Both the position numbers and the translations under genes were made by a program. Below the pieces are notes generated by a model. That model saw only the letters and a program-made list of their open reading frames with translations, made no database searches and was not told the origin of the DNA. 64,000 nt of DNA, from positions 55,118,001-55,182,000 of the forward strand of contig NC_073386.1 of NCBI RefSeq assembly GCF_028641065.1. The letters run 5' to 3'. Of this stretch, positions 1 to 13,121 are shown one piece after another (within the stretch, counting starts at the first letter, position 1; every line of letters starts with the position of its first letter). The DNA is from Leucoraja erinacea (taxonomy: Eukaryota).

Positions 1-837
1 AGTGACTGCTGGAGTGTCGTCCGAGGCAGCAGCAGGCTTGTTTTTTTTAAATGGCGAAGGGAAGTTTGTTGCTTCTGCTTCATATTTACTGTTGAGCCAC
101 TGGACATCACCTCGGTGCCGACTGAGTTGATATCGCTGTCGTCTAGGTGACGTGACGTCAGGTCTAGGTCACGGGCGGTCACCACGGTCACGGGCACGGG
201 CCATGGACGGAAGCCTCTGTATGGCTATTATAATGCTGCGTTCCATTGTACTCGGAACTCGGCACTTTCCGACTTCCGACAAGGAAAAGTGCGACTCTGA
301 CAGAGACACAGCGCACAGGTTGAATTTATGAATGAAAGTATGACGGTTCTGTGACAGAACTGTCATACTTTCATTCATAAAATAAACAGAACTTCTGTCA
401 CTATCGAAGTTGATACGTGTCATTGCGCATTTCTAAGTGGGCATACGGAAATGCTGGAGCTTTCTTAGTGGGTATACGGCATATACCTGCGTATCACATA
501 GACTACACCTCTGGTGAGGACAGACTCTATGATGGCAGTATAAAACTGGACCATCATTGCCTGTGGCAGATTGTGCTTCCTCAGCTGCCGCAGGAAGTAC
601 ATCCTGAAGGGCCTGTTTCCATGCTGTGTGACTATGGATATTGCTCATCTGCAATAATTCTGATTGGCTGCAAAACATCTTTCGATGATTTTCTATCGTA
701 AAGTACAGAAACTTTATGAGTTTGTAATATAAAAGATTTTTGGAAATGCATGCCAAAGGTTTTGTTTTCCTTTGCATTTCCATCCATTTCTAATTGCAGG
801 TAGCAAGTGAGACATCTTACATACAAACATAGTATTG

Positions 838-1752
838 TACTTCCGGTGGCGCTGGTGCCAGCAGCCTCCACCTACAGCCTGGTATCTTTTTGTTTTTCTG
901 TTTATTTAGTTATGTTAAAATGTGTTTTTTTTGTGTTTTTTGGTGTTTTTATGTGGGGGAAGAGGGCACGGTGCGGGGGATACCGTCCTTCGGCCGCTTC
1001 CTGGTGAGGACGCGACTATTATTCGAGTCGCGTCCTCGCTCCCCCCCCTCCCCCCACAGCGGCCTACCTACCTGGATTGGCGCGGCCTTTCCTGCCGGGA
1101 TCGACCGGAGCTCCGGCAGCGGCGGGACAGCGCTGGAACATCACGGGGCTGGCGATGCCTTACCGGGGGTCGCCATCTGGAGCCCGGAGTGCTGGACCTG
1201 CTGCACCAACATCATGGAGCTGCGGTTTGTGGAGCTCCCAACGCGGGCGGCGCTGATGGACAGCGCGGGGTCCTGCGACTCTGCCCGGCTCGACCTGCGG
1301 ACTCAGGAGCTGCAGACTCCAGCAGCGGGAGGCGGCTGATCAGGAGGTCCGGGCCGCTGAGGAGGAGGATGCTCACCGTCGGGGTTCGGCGTCGGCGTTC
1401 CACCAGCCCGGCGTGAGGGCCTGAACATCGGGCCACCCGGGGCGGTGACTGCAGGTGCTCGGAAGGCCCCGACCACGGATGAACATGGAGGGGAGGCTGG
1501 CTGGACTATGGTGCCTTCCTCACCTTGGTGCCATATATGTTATGTTGTGTCGTGGACTTTCTGTGTTTGTGCTTTTTTAAAAAATTTTAAATTTTTAATT
1601 CAATTTCAATTTTATTTTTAATATGTTGTATTATTTATTTATTATTTATTTTTATTATTTTTTTTGTGATTTTTTTATGATACTGCCTGTAAGGGAAATT
1701 CATTTCGTTGTCTCAAATTGAGACAATGACAATAAATTTGAATACAATACAA
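838..1752 (+). mobile_element. GC-rich non-autonomous retroelement with AATAAA-(ATACA)n tail
   Basis: CTTCCGGTGGCGC start, CpG-rich body, tail identical to the short insertion at 17309-17430. Confidence 0.6.
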
Positions 1753-1983
1753 GAATACAAAGAACAGTACAGCACAGGAACAATGCAGCATAGCCTCAGC
1801 CTACAATATTTGTGCCAATCATGATGCCTAGCTGAACTGATCTTATCTGCCTGCAAATATTCTATATCCCTCTATTCCCTACATTTCCATGTGCTTATTT
1901 AAAAGCCTCTTCAACTTCACTGTTGTACCTGCTCCACCCCACCCATGGCTATGCTTTTCAGGCCCCCACCACTTCTTATCTTA

Positions 1984-2303
1984 AAGCCCTGTCCCACGGT
2001 ACGAGTTAATTCCAAGAGTTCTCCCGAGTTTGCCCTGAATCGAACGCGGAGATTTACGATAATGACCACTCGTCGGTACTCGGGGCTCTCGTGGACATTT
2101 TTCAACATGTTGAAAAATCTTCACGAACCTTCCCGTGCTTACCTGCCGTTAGCGAGTCTTCCCGAGTACCTGCCGTTAGCGCTAAGAGACGTCCCCGAGC
2201 TCCGACGTACCCGCTACGTTCATTCTCCGTGCTTACCACGAGTTTGATTTTTTTAAATCTCGGGAGAGCTCTTGGAATGAACTCATACCGTGGGACAGGG
2301 ATT
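1984..2303. mobile_element. PIF/Harbinger-type MITE
   Basis: ~24-bp TIRs (AAGCCCTGTCCCACGGTACGAGTT) with TTA TSD; splits a CR1 fragment. Confidence 0.85.
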
Positions 2304-3804
2304 TTATAGCTATACCATCTAACGAAGGACATTTCCACCTTGGAAAAAAGGTTCTGACTGTCTACCCTTTCTATGCCTCTCATCATTTTATATACAGCTT
2401 TCAAGTCTCCTCCCAACCTCAGATGTTCCAGAGAAAACAATCTGTCCAATCTCACCCTGTAGCTGTAACCCTCTAATCCAGGCAGCATTCTGATAAAGCC
2501 CTTCTGCACCCTCTCCAAAGCTTCCACATCGTTTCAGTCTTGAGGCGACCAGGATTTGTGCAAGCAATGTTAAGGAATAGTAGATACAAAAATTCTTTGC
2601 AAGCTTAATAAAAATCAGGTTTGTGGTTAGTGATGAATCGAGAACATGGTGATGACTTCAAAGAAAGTTCCCCACAATTATCGAGTGTTTTTTTAACAAC
2701 AATGTTACCACGGTGTGCAGGTTTGAGTTATAGGGGAGCTTGGAAAAGTTGGGACTTTTTCTGGTGCATAAGTTTGTTACACAGTGGGTGGTGGATGCCT
2801 GGAATGTGTTGGCAGAGAGGATAGTTGCTTTTAAAGAGGCTTTAGATAGGCACATGGCTATGCAGGGGATAGCCTGGTATGTATCATGTACAGACAGATG
2901 AGATTAGTTTATCTTTGTGTCATGTTCGGCCCAGACATTGTGTTTTTATAAATCTGTTGCACAAACGTGCAGTGATCTGAGAAATCCACTAGAGGGAAGC
3001 ATTGTGCCCCAGGATGCATCTTCATTAGTCTGGAACCCAAAACATCAATAAGCCAGTTCGGTATTTCAACAGACCATGTCACAGGTCACTCTAGATAAAC
3101 ATTCTTGGCAGCTGAGCTGCTGCATGTGTACAGGCCAGCGTTTCATCCGTAGTCAGGATCAAACCCAGGTTTCCAGCGCTGCAAGCGCTGTTGAATTACT
3201 ACTGGAGTTAGATAATGAAGAACAAATGTGAACGGGTGATCTCACTACCATCCCCGTCCCCTCTCGTGTGTCCCATCCCTGTCCGGGGGCCGTCGGAGAT
3301 GTCCATGGTGACAAGACACCGGCCCGGTGCAGTGGCGCCCCCAGGCTTACAATCAGCGCGGAAAAGAAGTGCTAACCCCAGCTCAACTCTGCTCCAACTC
3401 CTGAGGAACCCGTTCCCTGACGGACCGTGGACCGTCAACTGCACCTCTCGCCTTATCCAGTGGTGGTCGGTTAAGAGAGAGAGAGAGGGAGAAAATGTCC
3501 TCCAATGCTGCCGGGAAAGGTCCTGCAGAATTCCAGAGTGTGGGTTTGTGAAGTGAGATTGAAATAAGATCTAATTAATGTTCATAAAAGAGCGACACAT
3601 GTCTGCTATTAAGTTGACAGAATTCTAGATTAATTCATTGGTAGAATACTTAACAATTTATACACAGTTTATGTAGCCGGCGCTTCTTTCTCTTTTTCTT
3701 TATCACGAATGACCTTTGACAAATCCCATGATTCCTTGCGTTTTTCGGAATACCGAACTCGCTTATTGTCCATTTTTCTCTGCAGATGCTGCCAGACCTC
3801 AGGC

Positions 3805-3806
<2 letters not shown>

Positions 3807-3845
<39 letters not shown>
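3807..3845. repeat. (TAT)n microsatellite
   Basis: Direct inspection. Confidence 0.95.
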
Positions 3846-3846
<1 letters not shown>

Positions 3847-4034
3847 AAAAATATTATTGTTAATGTGCTTGTATATTCTCAAGATACTATTAAGTGTATA
3901 CATTCAGTGAATTAATACGTCCAAAGTTATTTTGTTATTTTGCACAAGATTCCAGCATCAGAGTCTCTTGTGCCTCTCACAACACAATCCCCAATAGAGA
4001 GGCTGCACGTTCCATGGATCAATAGGAACAAGAT

Positions 4035-4600
4035 AGAACATAGAATAGTACAGCACAGTTATAGTCCCTACGGCCCACAATGTCTGCGCCGAACATGATG
4101 CCAAAATCATATCTACCTGTACATAATCCATATCGCTCCATATGCCCATCCATAAGTATCTTAAATTTCACTATTGTATCCGCCTCAACCACCCCAAGCA
4201 GCACGGTCTGGGTACTAACCACCCTATGTGTAAAAAAACTTCCCCCACACATTTCCTTTAAATGGTGCTCCTCTCACCTTAAAGCTATGCTCTCTAGTAT
4301 TTGATCTTTCCATCCAGGGAAAAATGTTCTGGCTGTCTACCCAATCTATACCTCTCATAATTTTACATTTTTCTATCAGGTCTCCCTGCAACCTCTGGCG
4401 TTCCAGAGAAAAACAATCCAGGTCTTCCAGCATTTCCCTGCAGCTAATTCCCAGTAATCAACAACCCTCCTCAGAACCCTTTCCAAAGCTTCCACATCTT
4501 TCCTGTAATAGGACAACCAGAATTGCACGCAATACTTCAAATACGGCCTAACCAAAGTCCAACTAAAGCTGCATCGTGACTCCCTGACTCTTATGCTCAA
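4035..4600 (-). mobile_element. CR1 LINE 3' fragment
   Basis: LVRPYLKYCVQFW, RLQGDLIE, FFTHRVV; similar CR1 ends at 7320-7775, 18520-19060, 36245-36780, 49055-49550 and 59000-59570. Confidence 0.9.
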
Positions 4601-5280
4601 AGTGGAAGGTCCATAGAACGGTCTGAAACTTGACATTTTGGATCTTCTAACATGTACGAGCTGGCCACCACTTTAAAGTAAAAGGACAGAGAAACTGGAT
4701 TAAACCATGAAAAAATCAATTTAACAAATAGGCAGAAGCGGATGAAATTCTGATAAATCAAGGTGGAACGCGAAAAGAGAAAGGTTCAGACAGCCAGACA
4801 ACAAAATCACTTCCGAGTTCTCCGATTCTTATAGATTTAAAGTAGCACAATGTCAAAAATCAAATTGACATTCTGAAGTCCAAAACATCCCATTCCTCAG
4901 CTTTCAGTCATGGTATACATCATCTCCACTCCCACAAGCCCAAAATATACCGGTACCTGACCACACAGTAAAAATACTCCTAGAATGCACATCAAAATGC
5001 CAAGCTTGAGTGCTTCTTCGTAACCTGACCTTCTATCATAACCCAAGTCTAGAGTGACACTAAAGTGGGAGGAATTGGCGATAACGAAGATTGCAGCAGA
5101 ATCTTGACCAGTCGTGCAGGGAGGCTGTAGAAATGTTGATGGAGTCCAATACAGATAAGTGCGAGGTGTTGCATTTTGGGATGGCATGGCAGAGTGTTGT
5201 AGTGCAGAGGGATCCAGGAGTGCAGGTACATAGTTCCTTGAAAGTCGCATCACATGCAGATATGGTGGTTTTCAGCACAG

Positions 5281-5640
5281 GGTGACACAGTGGCGCAGCG
5301 GTAGAGTTGCTGACTTACAGCGCCAGAGACTTGGGTTAGATCCTGACTACGGGTGCTGTCTATACGGAGTTTGTACATTCCCCCTGTGACCAAGTAGGTT
5401 TTCTCCGGGTACTGCTGGGGACGTCCAAAGCATGCAGGTTTGTAGGTTAATTATCCCTAGTGCATGGTAAATTCCCTGTAGCTAATACCTAATAAATGCT
5501 GCATGGTACATTCATTTCACTGCACTTCATGGTGCATTTGACAAATACATTTGAACCTTGAACCTAGTGCATGGGATAGGACTGGTGTACATGTGATTGC
5601 TGGTCAGCGTGGACTCGGTGGACCAAAGAGCCACTTTAGT
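5281..5640 (+). mobile_element. HE1/V-type tRNA-derived SINE (interrupted)
   Basis: A-box TGGCGCAGCGG, B-box-like GGTTAGATCC, V-domain core; related copies near 23858 and 55763. Confidence 0.8.
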
Positions 5641-7292
5641 CTATATTGCTTTTATGCATACACAAATAAAACACAAATATAACAATGAAACATACAACAA
5701 TGCAGTGAAACATACAACAGTGCAGCGGGGGGTTCAGTTTACAATTAATGATGCAGTATACAGAACTATTTTCTTATTAAAATATTTTCCAATAACTTAC
5801 ATTATTGTCAATAAATTTATACAGTGTTGATGTCTTTATTTCTATACCTAATCCATTTTTCCCATTTTCCGTTAAACTCGTCTTCTTTCACTCTTAGAGA
5901 ATCTGTCATTTTCTCCATGACAAATATTTCCTGTACTATGTCTAACCATTGTCTAAGTCTGGCTGCAAGCCAGTTTCTTGTAATGGCCTTTCTGTTAACT
6001 GTGAGTAGGATTTTAACCAAGTAATGATCTTCCTTTAGCACCACTGTAGTTATATTACCCGGGTATAAATTGGAACACTTTGTGGAGACTATATATCCTA
6101 ATACCTCCATTAATACTGAATTCACTCTGTCCCAAAATGGTTCTATTTATGGGCAACCCCAGAAGATATGTGCATGATTTGCATCTGTTTGGCCACATTG
6201 CCTCCAGCATGTTTGCTGCCTTAGAATTTGCTTGTTTTTTATGTTAGGCGTAATAAAGAAACAAATCAAATCAAAGTTTCCAATTAAATTCTCTCCATTT
6301 TTGTGAATTAGTGGATGTCTGTAGTGTTACAAACATATGATGCCATTCTTCTTCTGAGATTGTGCTGTTCAATTCCTTTTCCCACTTAAATGTTACATAA
6401 AATGTAGTTTGAGCTTGACATTTCATTAAACTATGATAAAGTTTAGAAATAACCCTTGATGTTTTTTGATGATACACATTAACTATCGCTTCTACCACTG
6501 GATTCTTTTCTTTAAAAAAAAAAAAAATTATTTATTAGAAGTAAGTACAATAATGTGGCATCTTTTTTCAGGTGCCAAATATATATTGGCATGTTACATT
6601 TTATGTACAGCTTCCTTTTTTTTATAATGAAAGAGAGAAAGAGAGACTAGATAATAGAGAATGGAAAAACGTGATGTATAGCATGTGAAAAAGAAAAAGG
6701 AAGAGAGAGAAAGTGAGGAAAAGAAGTGAAAAAAAATGAGAGAGAACGAGAAAATAGGAGATAGGAGATAAGTATTTATATTCTTGACCATCTCTCACCC
6801 AGTCCTGAAACAGTTATTTTTTACGATTTTGTTGCACCATATGCTTCCAAGAAGTCAATAAATGGAGACCAACTCGTTAAGAATTGGTCTGGTTTATCTG
6901 TTAGGAGGAATCGCATTTCTTCAAGATGTGCTGTGTCCAACATATTTATAATCCACATTTTAAGAGTTGGTATGAGTGTATTTTCCCAAAATTTAAGTGG
7001 ATTCTGTTCTTCTAGTGCCTCCCTTTTTACTTTTTTAACTGACATAATCTCTCAGTTGGAGGTATCTAAACAAGTCTTGGTTCCGAAGTGCAAATCTATC
7101 CTTCAAATCTTGAAAACTTCTTAGGTCTCCATTTTCAGTAATAGTACAAATTGCAGTCATTCCTTTCTCCATCCACTCTTTAAATGTTGAGTCATACATC
7201 CCTAGTTTTAATTCATTATCCAAAGCTATCCATCTTAAAACTTTTTGTTGTTTATTCAGTTTAAGTTGTCTTCTTAAAGGGCCTATTTTCAT
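5640..7292 (-). mobile_element. L1/Tx1-clade LINE 3' fragments (nested)
   Basis: CWRQCG...HIFWGCP zinc-finger C-terminus; a second L1 tail at ~6513-6995 is flanked by a TGGATTCTnTTCTT direct repeat. Confidence 0.8.
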
Positions 7293-7775
7293 GCTGTGTC
7301 TCTAAACCAAACTAAACACATTGTTATTATTGTTTTACAAGACATTGGTGAGGCCACATTTAGAATATTGTGTACAGTTTTGGTTACACTGTTATAGGAA
7401 AGGTTTTGTTAAGCTGGAAAGGGTGCAGAGAAGATTTACAAGGATGTTGCCAGATCTCAAGGGCCTGAGCTATGGGGATAGGTTGAGCAGGCTTTACTCC
7501 TTGGCATGCAGGAGGATGAGGGGTGATCTAATAAGACCATGAGAGGAATAAATTGGGTAAATGCACAATAGTTTACCCAGAGTAGGGAAATCAAGAACCA
7601 TAAGTTTAATGTGAGGGAAGGGAACGATTTAATGGGTACCTGAAGGGCTCTTTTTTACTGAAATGGTGGTAGGTATATGGAACGCGCTGCCAAAAGAGGT
7701 AGTTGGGGCAGGTACTATCATAACCTTTAAAAAACATTTGGACAGGTACATGGATAGGATTGATTTAGAAGGATA

Positions 7776-9334
7776 CTAGACTAAGTGGGACCAGAGGGCT
7801 AGTATGGACATTGTGGGTCGAGTGGATTCTTGGGCTGGCAGCTCAGTCACTCAGGCCTGGTGGGCTGGCAGCTCAGTTACTCAGGCCTGGTGGGCTGGCA
7901 GCTCAGTCACTCAGGCCTGGTGGGCTGGCAGCTCAGAAACTGCCAGATATTCTGCCCAAAACAGGTGAGAGACTCTGTGAGAGAGGGTGGATAAATCAAT
8001 TTTAGACATTTTTCATCTTTTTCTGCAGATCACAGCAATGAAGGAGGAAAGTCTATCCTGGCCTGGATCTCACAGGGAGCCAATGAAGGGAGGGAGAAAA
8101 GTACTGGGGTGAGGTTTAATACATGCAGGGGGAATACTTACTGATGGCCCGAAGGGACTCCTCCTGGACTAGTACAGGCCCGATGGGTCGAAGGAGCTCT
8201 TAAAAAAAAATGTGTGAAATCTCAGTGAAAGGCACGTTTTCTGGACTTTTCCAGGCCTGACACGGGCCTTTTGGGCCAAAATACTCCTCCTGCATTTTGG
8301 GCAAAAAGGACTCTTTTCTCAGCTAATAGGGACATTGTGGGCCAAAATTAGTGGTTTCAGGCAGGCCAAAAAAATGATTTAATTTCATTTCCATTTCATT
8401 TCAAGCACAGGGCAAGCCAAACAGCTCATTGCATTTTCATTTCATTTCCATTTTCATTGCAGTTTCAAGCACAGGGCAGGTCGAATAGTTCATTGCATTT
8501 TCATTTCATCTCCATTGCTATTGCAGTTTCAAGCACAGGGCAGGCCAAGCCAAACAGCTCATTGCATTTTCATTTCATTTCCATTGCCATTGCAGTTTCA
8601 AGCACAGGGCAGGGCAGGCCAAGCCAAACACCTCATTGCATTTTCATTTCATTTCCATTGTCATTGCAGTTTCAAGCACAGGGCAGGGCAGGCCAAGCCA
8701 AACACCTCATTGCATTTTCATTTCATTTCCATTGCCATTGAAGTTTCAAGCACAGGGCAGGCCAAGCCAAACAGCTCATTGCATTTTCATTTCATTTCCA
8801 TTGTCATTGCAGTTTCAAGCACAGGGCAGGGCAGGCCAAGCCAAACACCTCATTGCATTTTCATTTCATTTCCATTGCCATTGAAGTTTCAAGCACAGGG
8901 CAGGCCAAGCCTAACAACTCATTTCATTTTCATTAAGGGCTAACAAATCATTTATTGCAAGTACATTGCAGACTCACAGTACAGTTGATTCACAGCCTAG
9001 AATGAGAATGTGGCCTCTCCCTCACGATCTTGCAGAGTGACTGAGTCATGTTCAGGCATCCTGGGTTTTATAGTCCTGCCTCCCCCCCCCCCCCCCACCG
9101 CAAGGGGCGTTACCTTAATCATGGTGATTGACAGGTGAGAGGATCTCAAGGTTTTTTAAACACTCATGACTTTTTTATTTTTCATCGATGGGAAAAATCC
9201 TCGGGGCCTGCTCAGCAGAGGAGGACTGTGAGTAAAATGGCCCCAAAATCATAGCGATATATGGTTGTTTTTTTCTAAAATCAATATAGAGCGCAGACAG
9301 GAAGAGGTCAAGATGAGACTTTTAATTATATAGA
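7776..9334 (-). mobile_element. Non-autonomous Helitron with internal tandem repeats
   Basis: 5' TCTATATAATTAAAAGTCTCATCTTG, 3' GGTCCCACTTAGTCTAG; inserted between A and T of a CR1 3' end (ggata|tgggcc) with no TSD. Confidence 0.88.
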
Positions 9335-12300
9335 TGGGCCAACCGCAGGCTGGTGGGATTAGTGCAGATAGGGCATGTTTGTTTCGTGGGCAAGTCGGGC
9401 TCAAGGGCCTCTCTGAATTACACTATGACTCTATGACTCTATATGGTCATGTAGAATTGCACAGTCATAAAGCATGAAAACAGGACATTCTGACCACACG
9501 TCCATGCCGACCAGACGGTCCCTATCTGAATTAATCACTTTTGCCCTATTTGTAAAGGCAATTCAAGGGCTCATCTAAACACATTAAATGCTGTCAGCGA
9601 CTCTGTTTCCACCACTCTCTGGGTAACAAAGGTCACCTCAGTTCACTTCCCCCTTACCCAAAATCTATGTCCTCTTGTTTTATCTACCTAAGGTAGAGTC
9701 AATGGTCTCGCCAATGTCTTGTACAACTGTAACATTACCTGCCAACTTCTCTACTCAATACTCTGAAATGATGAAAGCAAATGTGCTAAAAGCCTCTTGA
9801 CCACCCTATCTACATGTGTAGCCACTTTCAAGGAACTTGTACATGTATCTGATATAATTGAGGAAATATCTCCTGCAGTGCCCTCTAACAATACCCTTCA
9901 TGGCTTTGTATATCTCAATCATCTCTCCTTAATCTCCTCCATTCCAGTCTCTCTTCATAACTGAAATGCTCTATCCCAGGCAAATCCTGGAGAATTCCCT
10001 CCACGCACTCTCCAGCGCCATTGCATCCTTCCTATAGCATGTTGACTGGAATTGCACGGAGTACCCCAGCTCAGATCTGACCAACATTGGAGCTTAACCT
10101 CCCTGTGCTTGTAGTCAAAGCCCTGACTCATGAAGGCCAGCATCCCATAGGCCTTCTTAACCACATTATCACCTGCTCAGCCACTTTCAAGGAGCTTTGG
10201 CCAAACAGACATATCCTTCAATTCCCCAGTGTACACTAGGAGATTATCAATCATGGTATATGTCCTAGCGTCATTAATAACCCCAAAATGCATCCCCTCT
10301 CATTTAAGATAGACGCAAAAGGCTGGAGTAACCCAGCGGGACAGGCAGCATCTCCAGAGAGAAGGAATGGGTGATGCTTCGGGTCAAGACTCTTCTTCGG
10401 ATCTCGACCCGAATCGTCACCCATTCTTTCTCTCCAGAGATGCTGCCTGTCCCGCTGAGTTACTCCAGCATTTAGTGTCTAGTATGTTCGGTGTAAACCA
10501 GCATCTGCAGTTCCTTCCTACACATCACCTCTCATTTAGTTGCATTAATGCCCATCTATTTGCCGTTTCTCATACCATTTCACCTACTCATTGACATCGC
10601 CCTGCATCCTAGGATTACCATCTCCACTGTCAACAACTCAAATCTTTTCACCACCTGTGCCAGAGACTTGGGTTAGATCCTGACTACGTGTGCTGTCTAT
10701 ACGGAGTTTGTACATTCCCCCTATGACCAAGTAGGTTTTCTCCGGGTACTCCTGGACACGTCCAAAGCATGCAGGTTTGTAGGTTAATTATCCCTAGTGC
10801 ATGGTAAATTCCCTGTAGCTAATACCTAGTAAATGCTGCATGGTACATTCATTTCACTGCACTTCATGGTGCATTTGACAAATACATTTGAACCTTGAAC
10901 CTAGTGCATGGGATAGGACTGGTGTACATGTGATTGCTGGTCAGCGTGGACTCGGTGGACCAAAGAGCCACTTTAGTCTATATTGCTTTTATGCATACAC
11001 AAATAAAACACAAATATAACAATGAAACATACAACAATGCAGTGAAACATACAACAGTGCAGCGGGGGGTTCAGTTTACAATTAATGATGCAGTATACAG
11101 AACTATTTTCTTATTAAAACATTTTCCAATAACTTACATTATTGTCAATAAATTTATACAGTGTTGATGTCTTTATTTCTATACCTAATCCATTTTTCCC
11201 ATTTTCCGTTAAACTCGTCTTCTTTCACTCTTAGAGAATCTGTCATTTTCTCCATGACAAATATTTCCTGTACTATGTCTAACCATTGTCTAAGTCTGGC
11301 TGCAAGCCAGTTTCTTGTAATGGCCTTTCTGTCAACTGTGAGTAGGATTTTAACCAAGTAATGATCTTCCTTTAGCACCACTGTAGTTATATTACCCAGG
11401 TATGAATTGGAACACTTCGTGGAGACTATATATCCTAATACTTCCATTAATACTGAATTCACTCTGTCCCAAAATGGTTCTATTTTTGGGCAACCCCAGA
11501 AGATATGTGGATGATTTGCATCTGTTTGGCCACATTGCCTCCAGCAAGTTTGCTGCCTTAGAATTTGCTTGTTTTTTATGTTAGGCGTAATAAAGAAACA
11601 AATCAAATCAAAGTTTCCAATTAAATTCTCTCCATTTTTGTGAATTAGTGGATGTCTGTAGTGTTACAAACATATGATGCCATTCTTCTTCTGAGATTGT
11701 GCTGTTCAATTCCTTTTCCCACTTAAATGTTACATAAAATGTAGTTTGAGCTTGACATTTCATTAAACTATGATAAAGTTTAGAAATAATCCTTGATGTT
11801 TTTTGATGATATACATTAATTATCGCTTCTACCACTGGATTCTTTTCTTTTAAAAAAAAAAAAATTTATTTATTAGAAGTAAGTACAATAATGTGGCATC
11901 TTTTTTCAGGTGCCAAATATATATTGGCATGTTACATTTTATGTACAGCTTCCTTTTTTTTTATAATGAAAGAGAGAAAGAGAGACTAGATAATAGAGAA
12001 TGGAAAAACGTGATGTATAGCATGTGAAAAAGAAAAAGGAAGAGAGAGAAAGTGAGGAAAAGAAGTGAAAAAAAATGAGAGAGAACGAGAAAATAGGAGA
12101 TAGGAGATAAGTATTTATATTCTTGACCATCTCTCACCCAGTCCTGAAACAGTTATTTTTTACGATTTTGTTGCACCATATGCTTCCAAGAAGTCAATAA
12201 ATGGAGACCAACTCGTTAAGAATTGGTCTGGTTTATCTGTTAGGAGGAATCGCATTTCTCCAAGATGTGCTGTGTCCAACATATTTATAATCCACATTTT

Positions 12301-13121
12301 AAGAGTTGGTATGAGTGTATTTTCCCAAAATTTAAGTGGATTCTGTTCTTCTAGTGCCTCCCTTTTTACTTTTTTAACTGACATAATCTCTCAGTTGGAG
12401 GTATCTAAACAAGTCTTGGTTCCGAAGTGCAAATCTATCCTTCAAATCTTGAAAACTTCTTAGGTCTCCATTTTTAGTAACAGTACAAATTGCAGTCATT
12501 CCTTTCTTCATCCACTCTTTAAATGTTGAGTCATACATTTGTTTTAATTCATTATCCAAAGCTATTCATCTTAAAACTTTTTGTTGTTTATTCAGTTTAA
12601 GTTGTCTTCTTAAAGGGCCTATTTTCATGCTGTGTCTCTAAACCAAACTAAACACATTGTTATTATTGTTTTACAAGACATTGGTGAGGCCACATTTAGA
12701 ATATTGTGTTCAGTTTTGGTTACACTGTTATAGGAAAGATTTTGTTAAGCTGGAAAGGGTGCAGAGAAGATTTACAAGGATGTTGCCAGATCTCAAGGGC
12801 CTGAGCTATGGGGAGAGGTTGAGCAGGCTTTACTCCTTGGCATGCAGGAGGATGAGTGTTGATCTAATAGAGGTGTATAAGACCATGAGAGGAATAAATT
12901 GGGTAAATGCACAATATTTTACCCAGAGTAGGGAAATCAAGAACCATAAGTTTAATGTGAGGGAAGGGAAAGCTTTAATAGGTACCTGAAGGGCTCTTTT
13001 TTACTGAAATGGTGGTAGGTATATGGAACAAGCTGCCAGAAGAGGTAGTTGGGGCAGGTACTATCACAACCTTTAAAAAACATTTGGACAGGTACATGGA
13101 TAGGATTGATTTAGAAGGATA

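Noticed and set aside
433-871. Short minus-strand ORFs as a possible terminal exon
   Set aside because: They cross LINE/MITE fragments and show no recognisable homology
3208-3556. GC-rich ORFs; minus-strand REVQLTVHGP resembles an Ig G-strand
   Set aside because: No Ig Cys/Trp framework and no consistent exon structure
8457-8943. Repetitive ORFs (also 60637-61216 and 62913-63554)
   Set aside because: Helitron-internal tandem repeats, not genes
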